DNA of 64,000 nt from Pelomyxa schiedti (lineage: Eukaryota; Protista; Evosea). Under the pieces are notes generated by a model. That model had not been told where the DNA came from and searched no databases. It saw nothing but the letters and a program-made list of their open reading frames with translations. How positions within the stretch are numbered: position 1 is the first letter of the stretch; every line of letters starts with the position of its first letter. The position numbers were made by a program, and so were the translations under genes. Below, piece by piece: positions 49,961 to 64,000 of the stretch. The stretch spans positions 186,001-250,000 of the forward strand of contig JAHLWZ010000016.1 of NCBI GenBank assembly GCA_020536535.1, in the 5' to 3' direction.

Positions 49961-52463
49961 CTATGAGGAGGAAGTGCCAGTGAACGGGGGACGCACAGCG
50001 GGTGAGGCCGGGGAGTCTGGTAGTGGTGGTGTTGGTGTGGCTGTGGGTGTGGATGTTGATGTGGGTGTGGGTGTGGGAGTGGGTGTGGGTGTGGCTACTC
50101 GCGCCGATTTTCTAAGGTTGTCACATTCCCGTTTGAGGCGCTCCATTTGAGTTGCCCATATCTTCTGCCGCTGGCCCATGTCTTTTACAAGGTCTAGTTT
50201 TGGTTTGGGGTGTGTGAAATAAATCCGGAAAGATAGGAGGATATATGCCGTACCTTCAATTTTGTTATTGTATTGCTTAGTGATATCCTCCATTTGAGTC
50301 AAGAGCCGTTGTTTGAGTGTGTCCATTTGCTGTTCTTTATTACGAATATTTTGTGATAGCTCTGCTACAGTCTTTTCATATCCAGCTTTCATTGCAGCGG
50401 TTTTTTCTGCACTGTGTCACCATTAGAAGAAGGACTTGTACAGACCTTGTAAAGAATCTAATTGGGCTCGCATTTCCGCATTGCTGGATCGCAGGTCATC
50501 GCAGGCCATATGTTCATCGTGAAATTCCCCTGCAACATGTCAGACACTTACTAAGAGGGGCTAGTAAGTGGGATACGTTTTAAATTAAGTATTTCATCTT
50601 CCCGTTGCTTTAATAATGCCAGGAGTTGCTGTTCTTGCTCGTTGTCCTCTTCCTTAGGCGGTTCTTCATCTGAAACAATGTTGGTGACGCAGTTTACGGG
50701 TATATACCTGTTTGGGTTTCAGAAGAATGACTGGAAACGGGAGCTGCCGGCAATAGATTACCAGTCATACTATTTATACTTGACACAAAGGCACTTGTGG
50801 ATGCAGTAGCGGTATATTGATTAAACTCGGTACATTTTTCCTCAAATTGTTTGGAAAGTTGCTCTATTTTCTCGGCTTGAATCTTGTTCTTTCTTTCTGA
50901 TACAAGGAGTTTGGCTTTAAACCACGCTGCACTCTTTTCAGCCGATTCTGCTGTAGAACCCACAGAAGGAACGGACCCATCTCTGTATCTTGAATGGGTG
51001 GCCGTTTTCCTGGGAGAACTGCCGTTATAACTATTTTCATATCCCAGGTCAATGGCCATGGATGATGTGGAAAGGATGTTGGAATCCGCATTGACAGAAA
51101 TGTCAGCTTCAATGTCTTGTGCCCCGCTCTTGCTTGCAGCTGTATCAGTTGCTGTAGCGTCGATACAAAAAGATGGAGTCATCCCGTTCCTTGAGAAGAC
51201 ACCCAAACTACTGCCAACACTGATACCCAGCCCAATGTCATCGGCAGTTGTTGAATTTTCAATGGCCCCATCTGAAACAGTTGAGTCAGAAAAGAAGGTC
51301 AGCTTTCTTGACAGAGAGGAGCTGATACCAACCGCCTGAAGGAGCTAGAGTGATGCTCATGTCATTTGACTGTGCATCCTGTTCATCTTCTAACAGCAAT
51401 CACATGCAAATTTAATGAGTTAATTCCTGGACATACCCCTAGGTTTGTAGGTATCACGGTAATCGAGAAAAGGGATTGCCATTTTTTGTGGTGACCCCTC
51501 CTCACCAGTGTCAGTCCCAACCAGAGGGAGAGATTGGAGAAGGGAAGGACGTGTTGAAGATGCAGTTCTGATTGTTCTGGTTGGTGTAGGTGGGTGAGTT
51601 GCACGCAACAGAGACCTCTGAGTAGTAGTAGTGGCTGTTGTAGTTGTGGCTGTAGTGGTGGTTTGTAAAGCAGCTGTCGACTGGTGGGATACACGAGAAT
51701 ATCTGGGGGATACTGTAGTAGTGGATGTAATCGAGGATACAGACCTAGACGAGGAAGGTGGTTGTGACCTGCTGCTACTCACAGGCAAAGGTGAGTAAGT
51801 TGTTTTGGGAGTGTAAGTGTAACGGCGGTATGAGGTAATTGGAGTTGGAGTTAGAGAATATGAGTAACGGCGGTACGTCGCCGTCTGCGAAATCGGCTGC
51901 GCATAGTGCGGAACGTGGCCTGTCGAGGAGGAAGAGGTTCCAGTACGCGAAGACGGGGGGACGGAACCCCTAGCAGTAGCAGTGACCGTTGTGTTTCTGA
52001 GGCGAGACGAGGAAGAGTATGAGGAGCCCTGGGGCGTGCGTGTGGACGGAACGACGGCGTTTGTGGTGGCGGCTCCTCGAGAGTAGAAGTTGTATTTGGA
52101 CGAGGAAGCCGTGACTGCGCCGTATGAGCGAGAGGCCCCGGCAGCACCCGCCGAGTTGGAACTGAAACCATAAGAACGGCTGGTGCTGCCGCCGCCGAAG
52201 CTGCGGCTGCTGGTGCCTCTTCCTGTACCTGTTCCGGTTCTTGGTCCCGGGCCTGTTGTTGCCTTGGATCGGGAAGGAGGCGTCGGGGTGGTTGTTGAGA
52301 CGATGCGGCGGTTGTAGTAGGCGACGGTGGACGAGGTGGGGGTGGTGGGCGCACGGCCGACGAGGGGCGCGTGCATGTTCTGCCGCAGCCACGCGGAGGT
52401 GTTGGTGTGGTACGTGGGGACCGTGCCTGTGCCGGGCGGCGGTGACAACGAGGCCGCACTCAT
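49961..52463 (-). CDS. Hypothetical Ser/Thr-rich protein with C-terminal coiled coil
   Basis: Long S/T/R-rich ORFs (51420-52463, 50694-51206) and heptad exons (KNKIQAEKIEQLSKQFEEK; YEKTVAELSQNIRNKEQQMD). Confidence 0.6.
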
Positions 52464-52704
52464 TTTTTTTCACATAACAAGAAGTGGCCTTTTTGTGTTT
52501 TTTTTTGTGGAAACAAGACAAAAAGACAGAACTACAGCTCCGGTGGATGTGTGCAAAGGGAAGTTTGAATCCCGTGATTTAGGTGAAGGCTCGAAGATTC
52601 GGTGATTAACGTGGTTCTGTGTTGTGGTGTTGTTTGGCGTGGTGGCATTTGAGAGAATAGGATGAATCGGCTCTTAAATACAAATAATATTCCAAAATTT
52701 GTGT

Positions 52705-55795
<3,091 letters not shown>

Positions 55796-56175
55796 GGTTG
55801 AATTCGACTGTTGACGTTTTGAGTGCCGCTTTTTCTTTGCTTCTGATGGTTACTATCAGCAGATGGGGAGATGTACCTGAGTGTGTGGAGGAAAGATCTT
55901 AATAATGATTAAGTGAAAGGGACAAGTATAAGTGAGAGTACTTGTTGGGGTTTTACTTGACACATTGGCGTCTGCCAAGCAAAAATAGAAATTTAGGTTG
56001 AGAAAAAGCGGAAGTTGTCAAACAAAATTGGCTTCTAATTTAAACTCGGCGAAATTGCCACAAAGAAAAAAAAATCAGGCGGAGTAGTAGTACCGTAGTC
56101 GGAAACAAAAACAAAGTAGTCAAGTCACAACAACACAGACACAGCGTAGTTTTTACCGGTACACACAAAGGAGCA

Positions 56176-57050
56176 ATGATAAAGCTGAAACGTTCGTTCG
56201 CTAGCATGAACATCACCCCTCCATCTTTCCCGAGTGGCGAACAAAACAGCTCTGACGATGAAAACGAGACTCCTGTGAACACTACTACTACTTCCAGTGC
56301 GAACTTGCCCGCCAATTCCGCGCCTCTCGTAGCGCAGCAAGAAGTACTTGAGCCGATCGGCGCTGTGCTTTTCCAGCGCTCCTTGTCTCCTGTGAAACGC
56401 CCCCGATTGCAGTTTGAGAGTCCTTGTGCATCTGTACCTGGTATGTCACTTTCTCCCTGTATTTTGTTTTACAGTTTCAATTCCTAATTGCTGTACTTTG
56501 CAGCTACTCCGCCCCCTTCCCCGCGTGACGGTGTACGAGTGTATAGAAGGGACGTGGAATCTGCTTTTGCTGCTGTGAAAGTTCCTCCTCCTGGTAAGTG
56601 ATTCGGTTTATTTGCACTTGGTAACGTGGTTATAGAAGATGTTTCCGTTTATGCCCCGACTGCAAAGAAGCCCAGGTCACGTGAAATGTGTATGACACCT
56701 CACGGTACCAGTAACACTGGCAGAACATACACAATTGACGAAGTGGTTCACATTGTGAAAGTCGCCCTTGCTGTGAGCTTTCGAGCTTTCCACTTTTCTC
56801 CAACACTAAAACACAATTTAGGACCAAGAGGACAAACTCAGAACCGAGTATGACAAAATTTTGCAGCAAAAACTTCAAGGTTTGCCCTCGCGCGTGCACC
56901 ACTGTTCGCTAATCCCTTAATAGAGCAATTCATGTCCTTCTCCAAGTTCAATGAAGACTATGTATCCCATCGCATGCGTGAAAGGTAAACAACAAAACCA
57001 CATGTTTGTAACCCTAATGTAACCCAAGGGACTTGAGTTACGTGTCATAA
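56176..57050 (+). CDS. AKIRIN: Akirin
   Basis: N-terminal LKR and NLS-like SPVKRPR. Spliced C-terminus YTIDEVVHIVKVALA..EDKLRTEYDKILQQKLQEQFMSFSKFNEDYVSHRMRERDLSYVS* matches akirin ([26 protein letters not shown]...SYVS). Confidence 0.9.
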
Positions 57051-57190
57051 TCAGACAGAGGAAGCTCATTTTGTTGTCCAGATTCTATTTGTAAAAAAAG
57101 GAAAAAAAAAAAAAGTTGATGGACCGACCCCTTTTGTTGGGGGGAGACTCTATTAATTTGGCTGTTTCTTTTCTTTTTCTTATTTGGGGT

Positions 57191-59367
57191 CTATGGTTTG
57201 GGCCTACGGAATTTCACTGGTGGACCTTGTAGAACTCCTCTGGGCTGTTTCACAACCAAGTCCACATCAATTCTTTTGTCTCCCCTTATCACAGTCACGG
57301 TCTTTCTTAGTGTTGTGCCGTCATCTTTATGGTTATGTCAGAAAATAAGTAGAAAGTGGGAGGGATTGAACCTTGCAATTGCTCTTGTTTGGTGGGTATG
57401 GTATTCGTATTTGTTGGTGTTTGTTGAGCCTCAATGCTAGGTAAATTTGAAAGCTGTGTTGTAATGCCGGAAATTGGAACGGGAAGCTGGGGTGATGCCG
57501 TGGGGGTATTTATCTGAGGCGAGGTATGAACCTCTGAGACTTGGGATTTTCTTTGGCGCATAAGCTCCAGTGCTTGCTTTCTTAATTCAAGTTCTTTGAG
57601 TGATGATTGAATGTCTTCAACTGTTTCCGGTTGAGAGGGTGCTAATGGCTGGGTTTGCGGGATAGAAGGAGGTGACATGGTTTGCGCGGTGGAGGTAATT
57701 GTTGAGGATATGGTAGGTATGATGGCTAGTGATGCGATAGCTTTGTCAGCAAGCGTTTCTCGTGTTGGACCCTGTCCAATAGTTTCTGGTGGGTTATTGG
57801 TTCTTCTTTTTTTGTGTTGTAAATCCCCGGTTGTGCCAGAGTGTGGAGGTGAACGTTTCTGTGGTATCAGCGTGTCGGAAGCCGCACTTTGGAGGTGATT
57901 TTCAGATGGCTGTCTTTGTAATAAGGCAGGTTTTTTTTATTGAGTAGTGGAAAGCAGAGAGGGATAGATGCATTAATCTTGATGAATAGGAATGAAAGTA
58001 AAGCATACTTGGTTTTGTGGAGAATTAGTAAGTGCATCAACATCAACAATCTCAGGTTGGGACTCATTGACTGGTCTTACTGCAGTGATTGTACTGGAAA
58101 CTTTGTGGCGAGGAACCTCAGTGCTTTCTCTATCACTCCTTTCTACTTCTCTGTCATTCCTATATGAATGAGTAGGGGTGCCTCGAGGGGAATGGTCGTG
58201 GCGATGACGGGTATCGCGGTATTTATCATGTACCCATTCCTCCCGTGTTGGTGAGTCATATGTATGTCCCTTGTGAAATCGGTCAGAACTGGGTTCTTCA
58301 CACCGTGTATAGTGCCCGGTTCTGTGTTGTGGGAGTCGGTCATCCCTATCGGAATAGTGCGTTTCTCGGTCTCTATGGTGGCTGTATCTCCCCGAATGTG
58401 CCGCTGAACTGTGGCGACTTGATGGATATCTTTCGTAGTGGCTTCGGGCCACATCACTATCGCCTGTTGCGTGTCTCTCTCCTCTTTCTCTCTCTGCCCT
58501 ACCACAAGCGCCATTACCTTCAGAACTATTGTGTGAGTGTGAAGACACTATCTCTGAAGGGGGAGAGATGGTTCCCTCCTCCTGGCGTCCCACAATTGGA
58601 GAAGGCCATTGGGTTTCTCGCACATCAGGCGGCCTGCTATCCATACATCTAGAGTCAGAACCAACACCAGAACTTGAAGCTGAGACTGAGCTCGAGCTAG
58701 AACCAGGTTGGTGCACATGGTCTGGGTTCATTTTCAGTGGTATTTCAAGTGATTCTCCTTTGCTCTCACTGTCCCTTCTGGTCTTCTCTGACTTCCCATG
58801 ATTCTTTTTCACTTTGGGTTTTCCCTTCCGCTTTGTGTGCGGGACTTTACTTATAGATTCGGCGTCATTGTCACTGTCGCTGCTTTCACTCGACGAAGAA
58901 GATGACGAATCAGAGGGTTCACTTTCAGAACTAGAGTCAGACTCCTCGTCGTCAGAAGATGAATCAGAGTCAGATGACTTGGCCTTTGCTTTCTTCTTCT
59001 TTTTGTGTTTGTGCTTCTTGCGCTTCTTCTTGTCTTTTTCCTTTTCCTTCTCCTTTTCTTTGTCCTTTTTCTTGTGCTTATGCTTGTGCTTCTTCTTGTT
59101 CTTTTTGTGCTTGTCGCCCTTATCCTTTTTTTCCTTCGCCTTGCCATTTGCCCCGTCGCCGCCGTCCTTGCCGCCTTTTTTCTTTTTCATCTTCTTGTCC
59201 CTGTGCTTTTTGCACCTTTGTAGATACTGCTGCATGCCCCTCGCCAGCTCCGCGTCCTCCATCGCGGTGCTGTCCAGTCCGTGCTGCTGCGTGGCCTTCA
59301 TTCGCGTCATCAGTTGGTCCTCCAGCTCTTTCTTGGCCAGAGCCTCGAACTCGTCATTGATCGACAT
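57191..59367 (-). CDS. Hypothetical Lys/Ser/Arg-rich low-complexity protein, probably nuclear
   Basis: 464-aa first exon with poly-K/E, S/D and R/D/H-rich tracts. Further exons end VKFRRPKP*. Confidence 0.65.
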
Positions 59368-59881
59368 CGGGGAGTTTTATTTTTTTTTTTGGCTTTCTTT
59401 TTTTTGTGTTTGGAACATTTGATCATGGGCGTTGTGGTTGGGACCTAGAGACTGTTGGTCACTGTCTAGTGTGTTCACTGTCGCAGTAGAATGCAGTGTC
59501 ATTCTGGTTACCAGGGCGCACGCAATAACCGCGAAAGTATGAACAAGAAGCTCTTGCCAACACAAACAGCACGTTGGAAATGATAACTCTGCCCCCATAA
59601 TTTACATGGATAACACCTTGCTCCCAGAATTCGAAATTATGAACAAGAAGCTCATGCCCAACAAATGATACACTTTGGCATCTTCGAGCGAATTTAATGC
59701 ATGTTGCTGTGGCACAAATGCTCTTCAGAAACACTACCCAGCAACATTACATACACCACAACAGACTTCCTCTTGTAGGCACTGGCTTGTAAATGACTTT
59801 GTTTACAAAAAAACCTCTTTTTTTTCTATGTCGTGTTGTTTTGGCTAATAAACAAAGTGTGTTTGTTGGATTTGGTGGCGG

Positions 59882-61087
59882 TCAGTGCTTGGTCTTGTCC
59901 TTGTTGCGCTTCCATGAGAAGAATGACTGTTTGGTTTTTGTTGGAGTGGTTGGTGTTGCTGATGTGGGTGTTGGTGCTGTGGTTGATGTGGTTGTTGAGG
60001 CCGGTGCTGGTGTGGAAGAGCTGCTGGAATGTGCTGTTGGGGCCGACGACTTGGATTTTTTCTTATCCTTGGAGCGGGACCCGGTTTCCTTTTCTACTAC
60101 CACTTTGATGGATTCGTGGAAAATCTCGTTTATTCCACTCTGGGTGAGTGCCGAACACTCAAGATACGATGCGGCATTTATCTGGTCTTTCAGTTCCTCA
60201 CCCTGTTTTCGTGCATTGTTTAATTTTCAAATAAAAACCAATGCAAGCGTACTTCTTCAAGTGATATCGGTTGCTGGTGATTAGCTTCAAGTTCCCGCAG
60301 TTTTTTCATATCATTTCTTAGATCCAGTTTTGTGCCAACGAGAACCTGAAAAAAAGTTAGTAAATTTCTGGGAGGGAAAAAGTCTACAATGGGAGTATCG
60401 GGATTTGTAGAGCGAATTTCGGGAACCCACTAACAATAAATAAGGCATTGATAAATGAATTGGATAAATACTTTTGATCTGACGTTCTCATATGAATCCC
60501 GCTGTGTAATTTCAAAACATATTACAAAGACATCCGTATCAGGGTAGCTACAAGTTCATGAGAAGGTTTCAAAGTAATGAAAGGAGAGAAACCTCAAAGG
60601 GCGAAGTTTGTCATAACTAAAGAGAGGAATGGTTAGTAAGAATATCCGCAAGTTTATTTAATTTGATTACTTACTCTTCTTGTCCAGCTGTATCCTAAAA
60701 GAGAAAAAAATGGGTACACAGAATAACGACAGGTAGGCATACCCAAAGAACAAGGTTCACTGGCTTGTTTTGGTACATTTCTATGGCATTGAAGTTGTCA
60801 AAGACCTGGCTCAGTGTAAAAAGAAACTCAAGGCGGAGAATGAGGAGGGAACAAACTGTTGGCACATAAACTTTGGGGAAGGCGTGGCTTTAGTGGCGGG
60901 AATTTTGGTTATTTGAGACAACACCGAGGATATTGAAAATAAAGGAGTACTCACGTAGTATAAGAGATCAACAAACTCTAAAACAGAATTAGAATAGGAA
61001 AAAGAAAAGAAGAAAATTACGCACCGTCTTCCCCACAGCGCCGTCACCGACAAGAACTATTTTTACACTCTTTTTTATACCGGCCAT
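59882..61087 (-). CDS. Rac/Rho-family small GTPase with extended C-terminus and no CAAX box (not evident in the ORF track because exons are tiny)
   Basis: Spliced: [44 protein letters not shown]...[31 protein letters not shown]...VLVGTKLDLR...YLECSALTQ...FFSWKRNKDKTKH*. Confidence 0.92.
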
Positions 61088-61492
61088 ACAACACGCTACT
61101 TTTTTCCCTCAATCGACTACAACGGGCGTTGTGCGTTGCGCGTGGTTGTTTATTTTGTTTATTTGAAGTTTTTCCCGTATTTGCTTTTCTCCGCGAAGAC
61201 AAAATATTTCAACCCGCAATTTCAGCCTCTTTTTTCCCTTTCTGAATAATCGCCTTTTCCTGAAGTACCAATTGATTTCCTGAGTGGTCTTGTTCCCATC
61301 GTACTCTCCTCGGCTTGGGATTTGGAGGTGAATACCTTGGCAGATCAGTGGATCCTCACTGTTTCCTTCTGCCCTTATATAGCCAGAAGAAAATCTCATC
61401 GCACAATAGCACCCCAAAACCTTGATTTTAACGGCTTCCAACATCAAAAAGCCGAAATGCAACCTTTATCTCCTTGGAATTAATAAAAAAAG

Positions 61493-64000
61493 ATGGTAAA
61501 CACAAAGATCGTACCTTGTTGTGTGTTTCTGCTGTGCCTCTTTGGGTGCACTACAGAACAAGCAAATGACAGCTGCGACGTCGCCTTTCAGATACCAAGC
61601 CTACCATGGGGGGGAACAATGACAACAGAATCCTCGGAGCCTTCTGAATTCTACTGCTATTTGAACCCCGTGTACACGTCTTTGCCAGGTGCATCTGTGT
61701 GCATTGCTCGTGTGAATTACAGGCGAAACTTATCAAAACTGTCCTATTCTATTGAAGTGTTGTTAACAGACCCGCAGGGGCATATTTGCAGTATACTGCA
61801 ACACAAGACACTATTTTGACAGCTACGACGTGTGGAGGAATCGTCGGAACAGACACAACGATTTACGTGTTCACGGACTGTTCCAAGGGCATAGCTGGAA
61901 CCTGCATTGGATTTAATGACGATTACTGTGATGATTTGAGCCAGGTCAGTTGGGACGCTGTTGCTGGCACCACATATTACATTATGGTCGCTGGATTCAA
62001 GGGGACGACCGGTTCCTTCACATTCTATCTCAGGGACACAGGTTCTCCTATTAAATTCTCTAAATACAAGAGTTCCTTACAACAGTTAGGTTCTCCTGAG
62101 ATTCTGAATGACGTGTGCACCGAAGCTGAAGCAATTACGGCACTTCCTTTTTCTTTCACTGGAAATAATGAGGACTCTGTTACAATTAGAACGGGATGCA
62201 TGGATACTAACTATGCAGGTATGTCACCTAGAAACTACTCAGGAAAACATCACATTCGAAAAAGGTTTGTGGTTCTCTGTCGTTGGAACTGGAATAGAGA
62301 TCAAGGCTTCAACATGTGAAAATCCAATGGTGGATACCGTAATTGAAATTTATAGTGACTGTGACGGAACATGTGTTGCCTGGGTACATCCAGAATTGTC
62401 TCCTTCACTACTCATGCTTCTAGAATGACGACAGTTGCTCAACACAATCTGACGTTCTTTGGACTGCTAAGGAAGGCGTCACATACTATATCTTCGTAGC
62501 TACTTTCAACCTGATCCGTGGGGAGTTTACTTTGACCGTGGATTATTGTGTGCCTTGGCGTTTTTCCGTCTATTTCTCACTTCTTTCTTTTAGACAACTC
62601 CCCCTCATTTCATGACTGCCAGGACGCACAGAAAATAGAGGCACTTCCTTTCAAGACTACTGCCTCCACAGCCAACACCCCAACGTCATACAGTACCTGT
62701 ACCAGCACTAATCAAAACGGTATCAATTTTGTGGCCCGCTTTCCTGTCTCACACTTGTCAGCTCTGTGGTACATAGTTGCTGGAACTGGCGATAGATTCA
62801 CGGCCTGGACATGCACAGACGATAACTATGTATTTTTTCCTACACTCCCATCGAGTTGTTTATATCCTCAGGCTTACGACACTATTCTCGATGTATACAG
62901 CGACTGTGATGAAAATGCAATTGCTCAAGGGTGCATTGGATATTCTGACGATTTCTGTGGACTGAATTCAAAAGTACTAAATCCCACGCTCATAATGATT
63001 TACCTTCTTCAGGTTGAATGGGAGACTTACGCTGGCAAGTTCTACTATATATCAGTAGCTGGTTTTAGGTCCGGCGTGACGGGTGTTACTTTCTCACTTA
63101 CAGTTGAAATAGGTGTGTTGGTTGTTTCGGATAGAGATAGTTCACTAACTAAAACCTCAAGTCAAAGATTCTGATAATTCTCTCTGCTGGTCAGCTGCCC
63201 CAGTAACGGCACTGCCTACTAGTTTCTCTCAATCAACTGCCGATGCGGAACTCACGATTGGGGGTTGTACCACTCAGCCTACTTCAAGACCAGGTTTCTC
63301 TGTAAGCTTTGCTAGGTGGACTAAATCCAGTAATGAAAGGACGCTGGTTCGAAGTTACACTTCCCGATGGCGCGAGCAATGCGTTTGCCTCAGTATGCAA
63401 TGCTGAGACAACAACCCCATTTTCAATTGAGGTTTATTCAAGCTGCACAATGTCAGGGTGCCTTACCCAGAGGTGCATTATCTTTCGTTCTCAATTGGGT
63501 TCACTCATTACGCCTTCTATTGTAGTGATTCTACCGCATGTGATGGAAAAGGTACTGTTGAGTGGCCAGCAATAGCCAGCCGATCATACTGGGTATTTGT
63601 TACAGCGGGAGTTGACGTAACTGGAGACTTCAAGATAGATTTCTATGAAGGTATGTTCGCCTTTCTCACTGTTCCAGATTCTCAATACACACAGAGGAAT
63701 CAAATCCGAATAGTGAATGTGTAAATGCCATTCCCCTTGAAGTTCCTTCCACAGTTACAGGGGACACTACCTCTTCTTCTTATTCATATTCACCATGTTA
63801 CGCCAACCAAGTTCGAGGCATGTACCTTTTGTTTTCTTGGCACCTGGGCTCTTACCTGCTAATACTCACAAAGGTATATGGTACTCTGTGGTGGGGAACG
63901 GGAGGAAGATGACAATCAGCACTTGTTCGGAGTCCACCAACTTTGACACTGTGATCTCTGTTGTCCAATCATGTTCCAACGTCACAGGCAACTGCATAGG
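61493..64000 (+). CDS. Secreted or surface multi-repeat Cys-containing beta-sandwich (PPC-like) protein; runs off the window
   Basis: Signal peptide followed by at least 5 repeats of ND.C..A..I...P...G...(L/V)W(Y/F).V.GTG....STC...DT.I.VY..C...C...NDD.C...S.V.W....G.TYYI.VA. Confidence 0.75.

Noticed and set aside
58814-59422. Long antisense or alternative-frame ORFs (also 7792-8562, 13420-14214, 39764-40378, 41158-41548, 51851-52459)
   Set aside because: These are shadow frames of low-complexity or GC-rich coding sequence on the other strand or frame, with no domain signal.
59528-59665. Imperfect direct repeat of about 35 bp (cgaaa.tatgaacaagaagctc.tgcc.aaca) about 100 bp apart
   Set aside because: Only two copies in an intergenic gap, with no convincing ORF or structure. 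It may be a local duplication or promoter element but is not supportable as a feature.

Overview
This is a gene-dense, intron-rich eukaryotic nuclear sequence (short GT-AG introns, mostly about 25-150 nt, standard genetic code). The gene content (ROCO protein, Cache-type adenylyl cyclase, AAC4-like, TMEM104-like, intronless lineage-expanded ORFs) points to an amoebozoan, most plausibly an archamoeba such as Pelomyxa; this assignment is inference only. About 29 protein-coding genes could be pieced together by manual splicing. Housekeeping genes: COG8, COG4, PPIL2, PP2A-A, CUL1, an RNF115/126-like E3, a SIRT6-like sirtuin, an arylsulfatase and a nucleoredoxin. The most notable items are: (1) a WASP-type Arp2/3 activator with an unusual Cys/His motif-CRIB-long coiled coil-polyPro-WCA architecture, invisible in the ORF track and carrying a 1-nt frame break at a G9 run; (2) a GTPase-degenerate, diphthamide-less eEF2 paralog; (3) an Akirin ending in the proteasome-binding SYVS motif; (4) a 1.3-kb TIR DNA transposon remnant with target-site duplication and a residual HTH; (5) a Rac-like GTPase without CAAX; (6) a bacterial-type MsrB-MsrA fusion with introns; (7) a possible CAP_C-sirtuin fusion. 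No rRNA, tRNA or CRISPR was seen. Family assignments come from recalled motifs, not database searches, and exon boundaries are approximate.
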